DNA from: Planctomycetota bacterium
GTDB lineage: Bacteria > Planctomycetota > UBA1135 > UBA2386
Assembly: GCA_965223545.1 (NCBI GenBank)
Contig: OZ245006.1
Location: 5,824,001-5,888,000 of the forward strand
Direction: 5' to 3'
DNA: 64,000 nucleotides
The number at the start of each line of letters is the position of its first letter. Position 1 is the first letter of the stretch. The notes below the pieces were generated by a model. The model did no database searches. It was not told the DNA's origin and saw only the letters and a program-made list of their open reading frames with translations. Positions 27,595 through 37,797 of this stretch are shown piece by piece. The position numbers and the translations under genes were made by a program.

Positions 27595-28998
27595 ATGTCA
27601 GTTCTCAACCGACGTGATCTACTGAAGCTGAGTGGCGCCGGCCTCTTTGCCGGTGGTCTCTCGCCGATGTCCGCGCGTTTGGCGGCGATGATCGCGACGC
27701 CGAAGTCCGCCGCGACCAACGAGCGCGTGTTCACCATCTTTCTGCGCGGTGCGATGGACGCGGTCTACGCGGTGGTGCCCCTCGGCGATTCCACCCACAC
27801 CACCGCCCGCGGGCCGTTGGCGGTGCCGGCGGCCAACACCTGGCCCCTGTTCGGCAGCACCTACGCCGCCATCAACCAATCGCTGAGTGCGCTGGCCGAT
27901 CCCGCCGACCCCAACAGCCCCGACCAGCAGGGCAAGGCGGCGTGGATCATGAATTGCGGCAACCCGTTCGGCCGGCGGTCGCACTTCAACGAGCAGCAGG
28001 TCTGGGAGACCGCCTACGCGCCGCCGACGGTCGCCGACCCGTACGAAGAGGAGGGTTTCGTGCCGCGCTTGGCGACGACGGCTCCCTTTGGCGCGCCGCT
28101 GCCGGCGGCCAGCGTCTCCGCGCGCATGCAGCGCATGTTTCGCTCGACGGAGACCACCTTGGCGCACGTCAAGAGTCTGGCGCGCTACTCGTTCGGCACG
28201 GACAAGATCGCGCAGCGGGTCGAGCAGGCGCTCGGCAGCCATCTCGGCCAGGGGCCGACCAAGCAGATCGAGGCCTACCTGGAGGACACCAACGCGTTCG
28301 TGTTGGCCAGCAAGGGCGAGATCGCCGCGGTCGAGGCGGGCCTGACGCACATGCCGGACTACTTTCCGACCACTACCGCCGAGGCGCAGGTGGCCGGCCA
28401 GAACCGCGGATTGCCACCCCTCAACACGCCCAACTTCTCCGGCGGCCAGCAGTTCATGCAAGAGTGCGAGGAAGCGCTGGCGATGCTGCTCAACTCGGCG
28501 AGCTGCCGCTACGTCGGCGTCGAGATCGGCGGCTGGGACACGCACGTCAACCAGACCGCGACGCGCGCCCGGCTGGACAGCTGGCTGGCGCACGCGGTGC
28601 GCTCGATCTATGACTTGATCAACGCGCCCAACCAACCTCCGGTGACGATCATGGTCTTCGGTGAGTTCGGCCGCACCAGCCGGGTCAACGCTTCCAACAA
28701 CGGCACCGATCACGGCGTCGGCGGTGCGATGATGCTGTTTGGCCCCAACGTCAACGGCGGCGTCTACAACTGCCACGGCGGTGGGGGGCTCGGCCGCCAG
28801 TGGGCCCCGCTCGACAACATGTTGCCGCCGCCGTACGAGAACGCGCAGCCGGTGGCGACGGACTTCCGCACCGTGCTCGCGGAGCTGTTCGACAAGCGCT
28901 TCGGCCTCTCGACGCTGCCGGAGCTCGACGCGGTGATCCCCGGCTGGAGCTCGCTGGTCGGCACCAGCCCGCTCTACAACTACCTCGGCGTGTTCTGA
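27595..28998 (+). CDS. DUF1501 domain protein (DUF1800 partner type)
   Basis: Tat motif NRRDLLK; FLRGAMD, RSHF, GGWDTH, EFGRT..N..NGTDHG, TDFRTV. Confidence 0.92.
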   Translation: MSVLNRRDLLKLSGAGLFAGGLSPMSARLAAMIATPKSAATNERVFTIFLRGAMDAVYAVVPLGDSTHTTARGPLAVPAANTWPLFGSTYAAINQSLSALADPADPNSPDQQGKAAWIMNCGNPFGRRSHFNEQQVWETAYAPPTVADPYEEEGFVPRLATTAPFGAPLPAASVSARMQRMFRSTETTLAHVKSLARYSFGTDKIAQRVEQALGSHLGQGPTKQIEAYLEDTNAFVLASKGEIAAVEAGLTHMPDYFPTTTAEAQVAGQNRGLPPLNTPNFSGGQQFMQECEEALAMLLNSASCRYVGVEIGGWDTHVNQTATRARLDSWLAHAVRSIYDLINAPNQPPVTIMVFGEFGRTSRVNASNNGTDHGVGGAMMLFGPNVNGGVYNCHGGGGLGRQWAPLDNMLPPPYENAQPVATDFRTVLAELFDKRFGLSTLPELDAVIPGWSSLVGTSPLYNYLGVF

Positions 28999-29100
28999 GG
29001 TTGGCGCGCGGAGAATCAGCAAAAGGAACGTCACGCCCGGGGTGACCCTGACCACCTGAGCGTCCGGGGCCGAGAATCTTCGCGCGGCGACAACACCCAG

Positions 29101-29274
29101 TCGTGCGTTGTCAACGGCGAGACCATGACCGAGGGCGTGCACTACACGTGGGCGATCGAGGGATCGCTGGTGACGATCACGTTTGCGCAGGCTCTGCATG
29201 CGGGCGATGTGGTCGAAGTGGAGGGCACGTCGACCAGTCACGGACACCCCAACCTCCATCTGGAGTTCGAGTAG
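29101..29274 (+). other. Small ORF or gene fragment with a beta-rich motif
   Basis: Reads VVNGETMTEGVHYTWAIEGSLVTITFAQALHAGDVVEVEG...FE*, with ATG at 29125. Too short for the ORF track. Confidence 0.4.
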
Positions 29275-29370
29275 GGCAGCGATCCGCGGGCTGATCGATC
29301 GCCGGAGCCGTAACGCGTTTCGGCCTGCGGGCGACTTGTTTCGCGGACAAGCAAACCAAAGGAGGTTCGA

Positions 29371-30006
29371 ATGCGTTTCTCTCTGCTCGCGATCACGGTC
29401 TTTTCTTCGCTGGCAACTGTGGGCGTCGCCCAGGCGCCGCACCCGTGCAACCAAGTCGGCGGCATGTTCGTCGCGACAGTCAACCCGTGCTGGGTCGGGA
29501 CCGTCAACTCGACGAACTCGCCGCCGGTCAGCCAGAACGGCTGCACGGCGCACGCGACGGGTCACTGGGCCTCGGCGAGCTGTGTGTGCTCGGGCCCCGG
29601 TCTGCCCGGGGGATCCGTGTCTGCCTCGGGTTCGACGACCGCCAACTACTCCTGCTCCGGAGGCGTCGGCAATGCCCACTTCTCGACCGGACTGTGCGCC
29701 GTCGCCTACGCCTGGGCCGGTGCCGACTCGGGCGGGGCCTCCGCCTCGGCGACGGGGACCGCGGGAGTGGCCTCGACCGTGACGCCGATCACGCAGGTCG
29801 TGGTCTCGGCGGCGGTGTCGATCTTCTCGGGCTTCGCCGAACAACGCCGCGACGACCAGTTGACGGTCGAGGGCTCGGGCACTGGCCTGTCGCAGTTTGC
29901 CGTCATCCACAACGCGACGGGGACGGCTGCCACGAGCTGTGGCTCGGGTTCGTCCGCCGGAGCGGGTGGCGGAGGCCGTGCCGATACGGTGATCCACCTG
30001 AACTAG
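29371..30006 (+). CDS. Secreted Gly/Ser/Ala/Thr- and Cys-rich hypothetical protein
   Basis: Strong SD AAAGGAGG; signal peptide MRFSLLAITVFSSLATVGVAQA; 8 Cys in the mature part. Confidence 0.8.
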   Translation: MRFSLLAITVFSSLATVGVAQAPHPCNQVGGMFVATVNPCWVGTVNSTNSPPVSQNGCTAHATGHWASASCVCSGPGLPGGSVSASGSTTANYSCSGGVGNAHFSTGLCAVAYAWAGADSGGASASATGTAGVASTVTPITQVVVSAAVSIFSGFAEQRRDDQLTVEGSGTGLSQFAVIHNATGTAATSCGSGSSAGAGGGGRADTVIHLN

Positions 30007-30168
30007 TGCTCTGAATCAGAAATCTGCGGCATTCTCCGAGGCCTTCCGCGGCCGTCGCGGCGTTGCTGCGTCCTCGACGTATCCACCGATATGCCTGCGG
30101 CGCAGCGCCTTGCGACGACCACGGCTGCCTCTCGGATAATGCCCCATCTGTCTGATTCACACCACTAG
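30003..30168. repeat. MITE-like hairpin element, copy 1
   Basis: CTAG at both ends, imperfect terminal inverted repeats (ctagtg..tgaatcaga / tctgattca..cactag), self-complementary along its length. Second copy at 52072-52228. Confidence 0.85.
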
Positions 30169-30195
30169 CGCACCCGAACTGGCGTCGAGGCAGCG

Positions 30196-32265
30196 ATGGA
30201 GACCGGGCGAAAGCGCGCGCTTACAGGTGCGGTGCTGTTGGGGGCCGCCGCCGCGGCGGTCGTGCTGTGGGCGCGAACCGCGGTCGGCTCGCCGCAGGAG
30301 CTGCAGGCGGCGGCGATCGCGGCGAGGTCGTCCGTCTCCGTCGAACACCGCGAATCGGCCCGCGGCGGTGATGTCCGCCCTGCACGGCGGTTGTCGACGG
30401 CCGATGCCGCGCTCCCGGTGGTCGTCCTCGATGCGATGACCGGGAGACCGGTGTCCACGGCGCGGCTCTCCTGGTCCGAGCCGCGAGATGGGGTGGCGGT
30501 GACCGATGCGCAGGGACGCGCGATTCTGCCAGCGACCGCGGCGGCAGCCCCCGAGCTGCGCATCTCGGCGGCGGACTATGTCGTCGCGTGTTGGCGCGGC
30601 TCGGTCGAGCCCGGGCAGCGGATCGAACTGGAACCCGCTGCGCGCTTGCGGCTGCGCTTTCTCGATCCGGAGGGTGGACCGTTGGTCGGAATCCGCGCTC
30701 GACTTCTGCCGCCGGTCGTCGGGGGGTTGGACTACGGCGTGGATGCTGGCGCGTTCGATCCGGCCGCGCTCGCCAGTGCGACGCCCGGCGATGACGATCG
30801 GCTGCGGCTTCGGGGATACGAGTTCGCCGGGCGGTTCCGGGACCTCGCCGCGCTCGTGCCGTGGGAGCAGACCACCGATGCCTCGGGCTCGATCGCCTGG
30901 AGTCAGTTGCCGCCGGGGCCCGGCTATCGCTGGGTCTTGCTGTCGGCGATCGGCGCGGACCCGGTGCCGCCGCACGAGCGCCTGCGGCCGAGGTTCGACG
31001 GCGAGGGCGTGCACGTCGACCCGGCGCCGCCGCGGGCGCTGTCGGGTGTGATCGAGTTGGTGGCGCGGCAGAGTGTCGACCTCGAGATCGCCTGCCCGGC
31101 CCTGGCGGTGATCACCGGCCGGCTGCCGGTGCGGCCGGGCAAGGCCGCCCAGCGCAGCGTCGTGCTCTACGACTTCGAGTGGTTCGCCAACCCGCACGGC
31201 GGCAAGGACTTTGCCCGCAGCGTCGAGGAGCAGCGCGCCGCTGTCGACGGCGAGGGTCGATTTCGATTCGACGACGTGCGGCCCGGGCGCAAGGTGGTGC
31301 AGGCGTTCTGGCAGTCGGACAACGCGTGGTGCTTCGAGTTTGCCCGACAAGTCCTCGAGCTGGCGCCCGGCGCAGTGCGCGACCTGTCGCCGTTGCCGCG
31401 GGTGTCCGGCGCGTGCGAGTTGGTCGCGCGGGTGGTCTGTGCGGCAGCCGAGGGTGCGAGGATCGACCCGGAGCTGCTCGCGCCGCTGGGGGTGCCGGTC
31501 GCGCTGCTGCACTTGAGCGTCCGCGAGCGCGGCCCGGTGCTGCACTCGTTGAGCGATGGGCTGCCAGTGCCACTCGGCCAACCCATCACGGTGCGCGGGC
31601 TGCCGGCCGGAGAGGTGAGCTTGCACGCCGCGTTGCATCCCGGCGCCCGTTCCCGGTTGCGCAACCCCGACTTGATCGTCGAGCCGGAAGCTCCCCGGTC
31701 GGTGACGCTCGAGCCGGGGCGTTCCACGCGCGAGGCTCTCACGCTGACAACGACGGCGCCCGAGGTGGTCGATCTCGACTTCGTGCCCCCGTTCGCCACC
31801 GAGATCCGCAGTCTGCAGCTTTGGCTGCGCTCGCACGGCACGCGACGGGTCACCCGGTACTCGACGCCGCCGCGCGCCGACGGGGCCTCGGTCTTTCGCA
31901 GTCGGTTCGCCTTGCCCGCGGGCACTTACGACGTCTTCGCGCGCGGGATCGACGGCGATGGCCGTCGTGACGTCGCGGGGTTGGCGGCGATTCGCGTTGC
32001 GGCGGGTGCCGGCCGGCAGACGATCTCGTTGCAACCGGCGGCACGCGTCTGGGGCATCGCCGCCGGCGGATCGCGTCTGCGTTGGAGCCCGGCGGCGATG
32101 GCGCCGGACGAGACCGGGGTGTGGATCTACGACACCGAGGCCGATGCGGATGGTCGCTTCGAGCTCGGTGCCGTACTCCCCGAAGTCGAGTTCGTGGGGG
32201 CCGAGGGGCTGCCAGCGCTGCGGGTCCCCGGCGCCGGCGAGCAGCAGATCGTGCTTTCGCCGTGA
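30196..32265 (+). CDS. Membrane-anchored hypothetical protein with carboxypeptidase-regulatory-like (beta-sandwich) modules
   Basis: N-terminal TM; recurring motifs VLDAMTGRPV, TDAQGRA, VDGEGRFRFDDVRPG, ADADGRFEL. Confidence 0.75.
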   Translation: METGRKRALTGAVLLGAAAAAVVLWARTAVGSPQELQAAAIAARSSVSVEHRESARGGDVRPARRLSTADAALPVVVLDAMTGRPVSTARLSWSEPRDGVAVTDAQGRAILPATAAAAPELRISAADYVVACWRGSVEPGQRIELEPAARLRLRFLDPEGGPLVGIRARLLPPVVGGLDYGVDAGAFDPAALASATPGDDDRLRLRGYEFAGRFRDLAALVPWEQTTDASGSIAWSQLPPGPGYRWVLLSAIGADPVPPHERLRPRFDGEGVHVDPAPPRALSGVIELVARQSVDLEIACPALAVITGRLPVRPGKAAQRSVVLYDFEWFANPHGGKDFARSVEEQRAAVDGEGRFRFDDVRPGRKVVQAFWQSDNAWCFEFARQVLELAPGAVRDLSPLPRVSGACELVARVVCAAAEGARIDPELLAPLGVPVALLHLSVRERGPVLHSLSDGLPVPLGQPITVRGLPAGEVSLHAALHPGARSRLRNPDLIVEPEAPRSVTLEPGRSTREALTLTTTAPEVVDLDFVPPFATEIRSLQLWLRSHGTRRVTRYSTPPRADGASVFRSRFALPAGTYDVFARGIDGDGRRDVAGLAAIRVAAGAGRQTISLQPAARVWGIAAGGSRLRWSPAAMAPDETGVWIYDTEADADGRFELGAVLPEVEFVGAEGLPALRVPGAGEQQIVLSP

Positions 32266-32278
32266 GCTCCGTGCGCGT

Positions 32279-32782
32279 TCACGCGCCGCTCATCCACTGC
32301 GCCTGCGCGGTCGCCCGCGTCGCCTTGTAGTCGGGGTGCAGGCGCACCGCCAAGAACTGTCCGTAGAGGAGCTCGACCAACTCGTGCGCGCGCGCGTAGT
32401 TGGCGATCCGCTCAGCGACCACGTCGCGGGCCACACTCTGGTCCTCGGGGTCGTCCGGCAGCTTGACACCCTGCAGGTTGAGCGTCGGGCCGTCCACCGT
32501 GAGGCTCCACTGTTGCTCGCCCTCGGCCAGGATCAGCTTGGCCTTGCGCAGCCGCCGGCCGCTGCGCAGCGCGGCGCGCGCCTCGGCGGTGCGCGTCGGC
32601 AAGCCCTTGCGCAGGGTGTGTTCGGTCTCGTCGCGGTCGTCGGGAGCGAAGGCGAGCAGATCGTCGAGGGAGACGCCGACGGCGTTGCCGTCGAGCTCGA
32701 AGTCGCCACCCTCGGTCTCCAAGCGGAACCAGAGCCAGGTGAGGAACTCCTCGCCGAGAAAGTCGTGGTCGGTGGTGCTCAT
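32279..32782 (-). CDS. RdgC-related short protein (FLGxEFLTWLWF family)
   Basis: MSTTDHDFLGEEFLTWLWF...EARAALRSGRRLRKAKL. ATGA overlap with the upstream RdgC-like gene. Confidence 0.7.
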   Translation of the reverse strand: MSTTDHDFLGEEFLTWLWFRLETEGGDFELDGNAVGVSLDDLLAFAPDDRDETEHTLRKGLPTRTAEARAALRSGRRLRKAKLILAEGEQQWSLTVDGPTLNLQGVKLPDDPEDQSVARDVVAERIANYARAHELVELLYGQFLAVRLHPDYKATRATAQAQWMSGA

Positions 32783-33522
32783 GCGTCCTCCGCGTCGATC
32801 TCGAACGGGGGCTCGGGATTGGCGATCTCGACCGCGGGCATCGCGGTCTCGATCGGCTCGGGCGCCGCGATCGGCTTCGCCGCCGGGGTGACCCCGTCGC
32901 GCGGCCAACGAATCGGCGTGACCTGGTCGAGATAGGCAGTCTGCTCGCGGTCCAGGCCGCTGCTGCGCGCCAGCTGGTGCGGGTCGGCGGGCAGCAGATG
33001 AGCGCCGCTGAACGTCCGTTGGAACAGCGAGACGAACGCGTCGCGCACCCCCGCCCCGGTCGCGAACAGCAGCAGGCGATCGCGGTTGGGAAAGTAGAGC
33101 ACGTCGATGAGGTTCACGGTCGGCAGCAGCCGCGGCAGCAGCTTCTCCTTGAGATCCGTGGTCAGCTCCTGGCGCTCCCGCCGGGTCAGCGGCCGGCCGC
33201 GGCTCTTCTCGGCTCCCGCGCGGTAGATCGAGACCCACTTGCTCGACAGCTTCTTCTTGTCGACGCGGACGCGCAGCCAGAAGCCGGCGTCGTAGTCCAT
33301 GTCCTGCGCCTCGAACGTCTCGCCGGTCGGGTCACCGGGAGTCACCCAGCCGATCGAGGTCTCTTCGGACGCCGAAGTCTCGATGCTGGTGAAGCGCTCG
33401 CCGGCCAGCGCGTCGCAAAACTCCTGGCTGCCCGGGCGGGGCACCGGACCGTCGACCAGATAACAACTGAAGCTGCCGCTGCGTCGTAGCACGGCAGCAG
33501 CTTCACCGATCGGCGCCGGCAA
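32779..33522 (-). CDS. Recombination-associated protein RdgC-like (N-terminal-type half)
   Basis: SEETSIGWV, LRVRVDKKKL, ERQELTTDLKEKLLPRLLP, SLFQRTF resemble the RdgC N-terminal region. Confidence 0.7.
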   Translation of the reverse strand: MPAPIGEAAAVLRRSGSFSCYLVDGPVPRPGSQEFCDALAGERFTSIETSASEETSIGWVTPGDPTGETFEAQDMDYDAGFWLRVRVDKKKLSSKWVSIYRAGAEKSRGRPLTRRERQELTTDLKEKLLPRLLPTVNLIDVLYFPNRDRLLLFATGAGVRDAFVSLFQRTFSGAHLLPADPHQLARSSGLDREQTAYLDQVTPIRWPRDGVTPAAKPIAAPEPIETAMPAVEIANPEPPFEIDAEDA

Positions 33523-33574
33523 ACCAAGCGCGCGGCTTTGCGCTTGCCGTCTACCGGAACCGCGGTGGCTCGAC

Positions 33575-34555
33575 CTACCGAAACGCCGCCGGCGCCAGCG
33601 CCTGCAGCTCTTCGCTGGCGAACGCCAAGTCGACCTGGCCGCTCAGCGCGCGCTGCATCACGCGCGAGCGCGCCAGCTGGTCGGTGGTGTACATCGCCAG
33701 GATGTGGCTGGCGCGGATGCGCGCTTCGTCGGTGTCCGCCGCCTGCTCGCCGGTCGCCTTGATCAGGTGGTAGCCGGTGCTCGAGGCGACCGGCTCGGAG
33801 ACGTCGCCGGGCTCCAGCGCGAAGGCGGCGCGGGCGAAGCCGAATTCCATCGTGCTGCGGCCGAAGAAGCCGAGGTCGCCGCCCGCCGATTTGCTGGGGC
33901 AGTCCGAATGCTCTTGGGCCAGCGCGGCGAACTCGGTCTCGCCGGCGAGCTGGTTGCGCACCGACTCGATCCGCTGGCGGGCGGCCTGCGCGCCCTCGGG
34001 GAACGCCGCCAACGCCGCCTTGACCTTGACCAGCTCCATCACCGCGCGCTGCTTGAGCTGCGCCGCGTCGCCGCCCGTGCTGCTCTCCTCGAGAAACGCC
34101 ACCGCCGCGTCGAGCTCGGCCTGCGTGGTCGGCACGCCGTCGACGGTGAACAGCACACCGTCACCCAGCGTCGCCTTCTCCTCGGCCGAGAGCAGCCGCA
34201 CGCCGTGGCGGCCGGTGCCGGCGCCGGCGTCGGGATCGGTGGCGGCCGGCGGCGTGGCGGCGGGCGGCGGCGGAGTCGGGGCCGCGATGCTGCGCGCCGT
34301 GATCGCGCGCGCGCCCAAAAACTCCTTGACCCGCGGGCGGATGCCGCCGTCTTGCTCGATCTCCTTGATCTGCTCGAGCTCTTGCTGGAGCTTCTCGACC
34401 TCCGCCTTCAGCTTGTCGACGCGCTCCTGCGGGGTCGGCTCGGCCGACTCCGGCGCGGGGGCCGGCGCCGGTGGCGTGGTCTGTTGGGGAGGCGGCAGCT
34501 GCGCCGCGAGGGGGGCGCAGAGGGCGAGCGGCAGGACGATGCTTGAGACTCTCAT
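33575..34555 (-). CDS. Secreted parvulin/PpiC-type peptidyl-prolyl isomerase
   Basis: Signal peptide; FAALAQEHSDCPSKSAGGDLGFF, SEPVASSTGYHLIK, ASHIL. Confidence 0.9.
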   Translation of the reverse strand: MRVSSIVLPLALCAPLAAQLPPPQQTTPPAPAPAPESAEPTPQERVDKLKAEVEKLQQELEQIKEIEQDGGIRPRVKEFLGARAITARSIAAPTPPPPAATPPAATDPDAGAGTGRHGVRLLSAEEKATLGDGVLFTVDGVPTTQAELDAAVAFLEESSTGGDAAQLKQRAVMELVKVKAALAAFPEGAQAARQRIESVRNQLAGETEFAALAQEHSDCPSKSAGGDLGFFGRSTMEFGFARAAFALEPGDVSEPVASSTGYHLIKATGEQAADTDEARIRASHILAMYTTDQLARSRVMQRALSGQVDLAFASEELQALAPAAFR

Positions 34556-34663
34556 GGGTAGGGCCGAAACGGGGAGGCTGAATAAGACCTGGGGGGAAGA
34601 AGACGCGCAAGGGTCGAAAACTCCCGGCCGGCGGCCGGCGCCGCATTCAGCCGGTGGCAGCGC

Positions 34664-35608
34664 TCAAGGACCCAACCGGGCGGCGAGGAACTCCTGCAGG
34701 TAGCCCATGATGGTCCAGAATCCCAGGGCCGCGGTGTAGTGGCCGAGCGGCAGCATCCGCCGCTCCGGCCGGCCCAGCGCCTCCCAGAGCAGGTCCTGGT
34801 GGCGCGGCGGGACCACTGCGTCGAGCCAGCCGCCGACCAGCAGGACCTTGTCGGTCGGCACGTAGGCGGCGACGCGGGCCGGGTCGGAGCGCAGCGCGCG
34901 GCGCACGGCGTCGGCCAGGGCGTGCCCCGAGAGCCCTTCTGCGGCGCGGCGCTCGGCGCGCCAACGGCGGGCGCGCGGCTCGGCGCTGACGCGCAGCAGG
35001 CCGCCGAGGTCGGCCCCGGCCAAGCACAGGGCCACCCCGCGCAAGTCGGGCTCCAGCGCGGCGAGCACGCCACCGACGATGCCGCCCATCGAGATGCCGA
35101 CGCAGGCCGTCCGCTCGGGATCGACCTCGGGTTGGCGTTTGGCCCAGGCCAGCACCATCCGGTTGTGGATCACCGTGCGCCGGAACAGGTCTTCGAGGGC
35201 GTTGGTGTCCTGCTCGGCGGTCAGCGCCGAGCCCACCCGCTCCGGCCACGCCACCGCGTAGCCGCGGTGCGCGAACTCGAGCGCCACGAACCACATCAAG
35301 TCGCGGCCGCCGGCGAGGATCGGCAGGCACAGGACGAAGGGGACCGGCTCCGCCGCGGGCTCTGCCGACACCAGGTAGTGGAACTCGGCGCGCTCGTCAC
35401 CGGCGCGCAGCGCGCCGCGCCGAATGCGCAGGCCGTCGTCGACCCCCAGCGGCACCAGCAGCTCCTCGTGCACCGGGCCGGGCAGCGCGTAGTGGCGCGC
35501 GATGTCGGCGGGCAGGGGCAGCGCGGGGCGCGGGTGCCGCGGCGCCGGCCAGTGGCTGCAAGCGGCGGTGAGCAGGCAGAGTGAGAGTGAGGTGCGACGC
35601 GCGTTCAC
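34664..35608 (-). CDS. Alpha/beta-hydrolase lipoprotein
   Basis: Lipobox LTAAC; nucleophile elbow GISMGG; DAVVP; GHY. Confidence 0.85.
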   Translation of the reverse strand: MNARRTSLSLCLLTAACSHWPAPRHPRPALPLPADIARHYALPGPVHEELLVPLGVDDGLRIRRGALRAGDERAEFHYLVSAEPAAEPVPFVLCLPILAGGRDLMWFVALEFAHRGYAVAWPERVGSALTAEQDTNALEDLFRRTVIHNRMVLAWAKRQPEVDPERTACVGISMGGIVGGVLAALEPDLRGVALCLAGADLGGLLRVSAEPRARRWRAERRAAEGLSGHALADAVRRALRSDPARVAAYVPTDKVLLVGGWLDAVVPPRHQDLLWEALGRPERRMLPLGHYTAALGFWTIMGYLQEFLAARLGP

Positions 35609-35740
35609 GGCGGCCAATAGCTTCCGCGGACCCGGTGATGCGATCAAAGGCCGATCACGAACCCCCGTCGGCGGCGACCCAGCCCGCCGGCCTCCCACGT
35701 GTCCTCAGCGGCGGGTGCGGCGCGAGCACGCGCCGGCTGG

Positions 35741-36802
35741 TCAGAACATGTGCTCGACGTAGAACATCATGCCCGGCGACTGGTCGGCGGCCTGCAGCAC
35801 GACCGGCGACTGCACCAGCGGGTACATCCGCGAGCCGGTCAGCAGGTCGATGCGGTCGCCGGCCAGCACGTGCATCTGCGCGGTCTCGGTGATCGTCCAG
35901 TGCACGTCGCCCCACACGCTGAGCTCGTCTTGGGCGTAGTTGAAGTCGGCGCGCACGCCGGCGCTCACCGTCTCGGTGAGCCTGAGCACGTAGCTGGCCT
36001 TGGCCCGTGTGCTGCCGCTGCCGAGCCGGAAGTTGCGGCGCACGTAGGTGAGCTCGAGTGGGTTCTCCGAGTGCGTGGGGCGGACCCGCACCGAGATCCG
36101 GCCCCAGTCGATGTCGTCCTCGTGGATGTCGTTGGGATCGGTGCTGAACGGCAGGTTCTCGCTCTTGAACTCGTCGAAGGCGAGCTCTACGTCGCGCACG
36201 ATCGACGAGTCGCGCAGTGCCTTGCGCAACGGGCGGTTGAGCAGCCGGCGCCCCTCGCGCGCCAGGCGCAGCTCTTGGTCCTCGCGGTCGCGGTCGTCGA
36301 GCTGGGTGCGCAGGGCGCGGTGCGAGGAGACGTGCTGGGCCTGGTTGAACAGGGTGCTCGGCGACAGCTCGCGTTGCACGCGGCGCTGGTCCTCGCCGAG
36401 CACGCGCCGGACGAACTGCATGGTGAAGCGTTCGAGCGGGTTCTCGATGCGCGCGATCTCGTCGCGGGTCATGATCCACGGCGATCGGCGGTCGGGCTCC
36501 CGGTCGCCGCCGGGCTCGCCGCGGGTGGGAACCCCCGCGTGCAGCGGCTCGACCGCGATCGCCGTCGTGTGGCGCGGGCGCTCGCCCCCGGCTGCCGCCA
36601 GCACTCTGCCGGCGAGCGGTCCAGCCAGACCGTCGAGGCCGCGGCGCTCGGGCGCGAGGTATTCGAGCCCGACGCGCGGCGCGTGCTGGTGCTTCGGCGG
36701 TGTCACCGGCGTGCTGCGGTCGATCCCCTCGGTCGCCTGGGGTAGGGATGTGGCGCAGCTCGCCAAAGCGAGCGCCAGCGCACATCCCAGAAGTCGAACC
36801 AC
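35741..36802 (-). CDS. Hypothetical lipoprotein with a beta-strand-rich C-terminus
   Basis: Lipobox LASC; alternating beta strands ending FYVEHMF (outer-membrane-like terminal Phe). Confidence 0.65.
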   Translation of the reverse strand: MVRLLGCALALALASCATSLPQATEGIDRSTPVTPPKHQHAPRVGLEYLAPERRGLDGLAGPLAGRVLAAAGGERPRHTTAIAVEPLHAGVPTRGEPGGDREPDRRSPWIMTRDEIARIENPLERFTMQFVRRVLGEDQRRVQRELSPSTLFNQAQHVSSHRALRTQLDDRDREDQELRLAREGRRLLNRPLRKALRDSSIVRDVELAFDEFKSENLPFSTDPNDIHEDDIDWGRISVRVRPTHSENPLELTYVRRNFRLGSGSTRAKASYVLRLTETVSAGVRADFNYAQDELSVWGDVHWTITETAQMHVLAGDRIDLLTGSRMYPLVQSPVVLQAADQSPGMMFYVEHMF

Positions 36803-37092
36803 TGCTGTAATTCCCGTTCCGTAAAGAACCTGTACGGCGAGACGGAATTCTAATCGACCTGGGGGGCGGGCGGATTTGAGCCGGCTCGCCGAGCGCAACA
36901 CTCTATGATACCCGATGTTGTGCTTTTAGGTAGCACCCCCTGACGCGAAGGTCACCACACGGTCGGCCGAATGGGGCCACGGATCCCTTGCCGTGGACGG
37001 CAGCGGCCCGGTCCCGTTCCGAGAATCCCACCCGTGCGTATGGGTCTCGAGACGGGCCGGGCGGTGTCCGAGACCCCCATCCGCGGCCTGGC

Positions 37093-37797
37093 TCAGCCCA
37101 GCGCCGCGAGCATCGCCTCCGCGTTCTGTCGGGGCGCGACGCCGTCGAAGACGGCGCTGCCGGTGACGATGAGGTCCGGGCCCATCGCCGCGATCCGGCC
37201 GATGTTGTCGCGCTTGACGCCGCCGTCGGCGCAGATCAGCACCGGCCGATCCAGACTGTGGGTGCGCTGCCGCACGGCCTCGATGCGGGGGCCGAGCCGG
37301 GGGTCGAGCTGTTGGCCCGAGTAGCCCGGGTTGACCGCCAACAACAGGACGAGATCGGCGAGCGGCAGGAGTGGATCCAGCGCCTCGATCGGTGTCCCCG
37401 GGTTGAGGGCGATGCCGCGGATCAGCCCCCGCGCGGGGTCGTTGGCATTGGTCATGCCGCCCAGCGCGTGCAGCACCTGGTGTGGGTGGCGGGTCGACTC
37501 GACGTGTACGGTGATCGCATCCGCGCCCGCCGCGACGTAGGCGCCGAGCTTGTCGAGCGGGTCCTCGATCATCAGGTGCACGTCCTTGACCAATGGAGTG
37601 CGCACCGCGGCGACCACCGGCGGGCCGATCGTCATCATCGGGCAGAACACGCCGTCCATGACGTCGAAGTGCACGGCCTGTACACCGGCGGCCTCGAGCA
37701 AGCCGATCTCGCGGCCCAACGCCGAGAGATCCGCGGTGACCATGCCGACCGACAGCGTCGGTGCCGCCGCCCGCAGCCGATCGAGCACCGTGCTCAC
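37093..37797 (-). CDS. rpe: Ribulose-phosphate 3-epimerase family protein
   Basis: [42 protein letters not shown] overlap with lsrF. Confidence 0.88.
   Translation of the reverse strand: MSTVLDRLRAAAPTLSVGMVTADLSALGREIGLLEAAGVQAVHFDVMDGVFCPMMTIGPPVVAAVRTPLVKDVHLMIEDPLDKLGAYVAAGADAITVHVESTRHPHQVLHALGGMTNANDPARGLIRGIALNPGTPIEALDPLLPLADLVLLLAVNPGYSGQQLDPRLGPRIEAVRQRTHSLDRPVLICADGGVKRDNIGRIAAMGPDLIVTGSAVFDGVAPRQNAEAMLAALG

Noticed and set aside
28996..29100. Selenocysteine or programmed readthrough of the DUF1501 TGA
   Set aside because: The protein ends at a normal family C-terminus and no SECIS-like hairpin was recognisable.
36803..37090. Relatively AT-rich intergenic stretch as a possible ncRNA or riboswitch
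   Set aside because: No recognisable conserved structure; more simply the promoter region of the lipoprotein gene.
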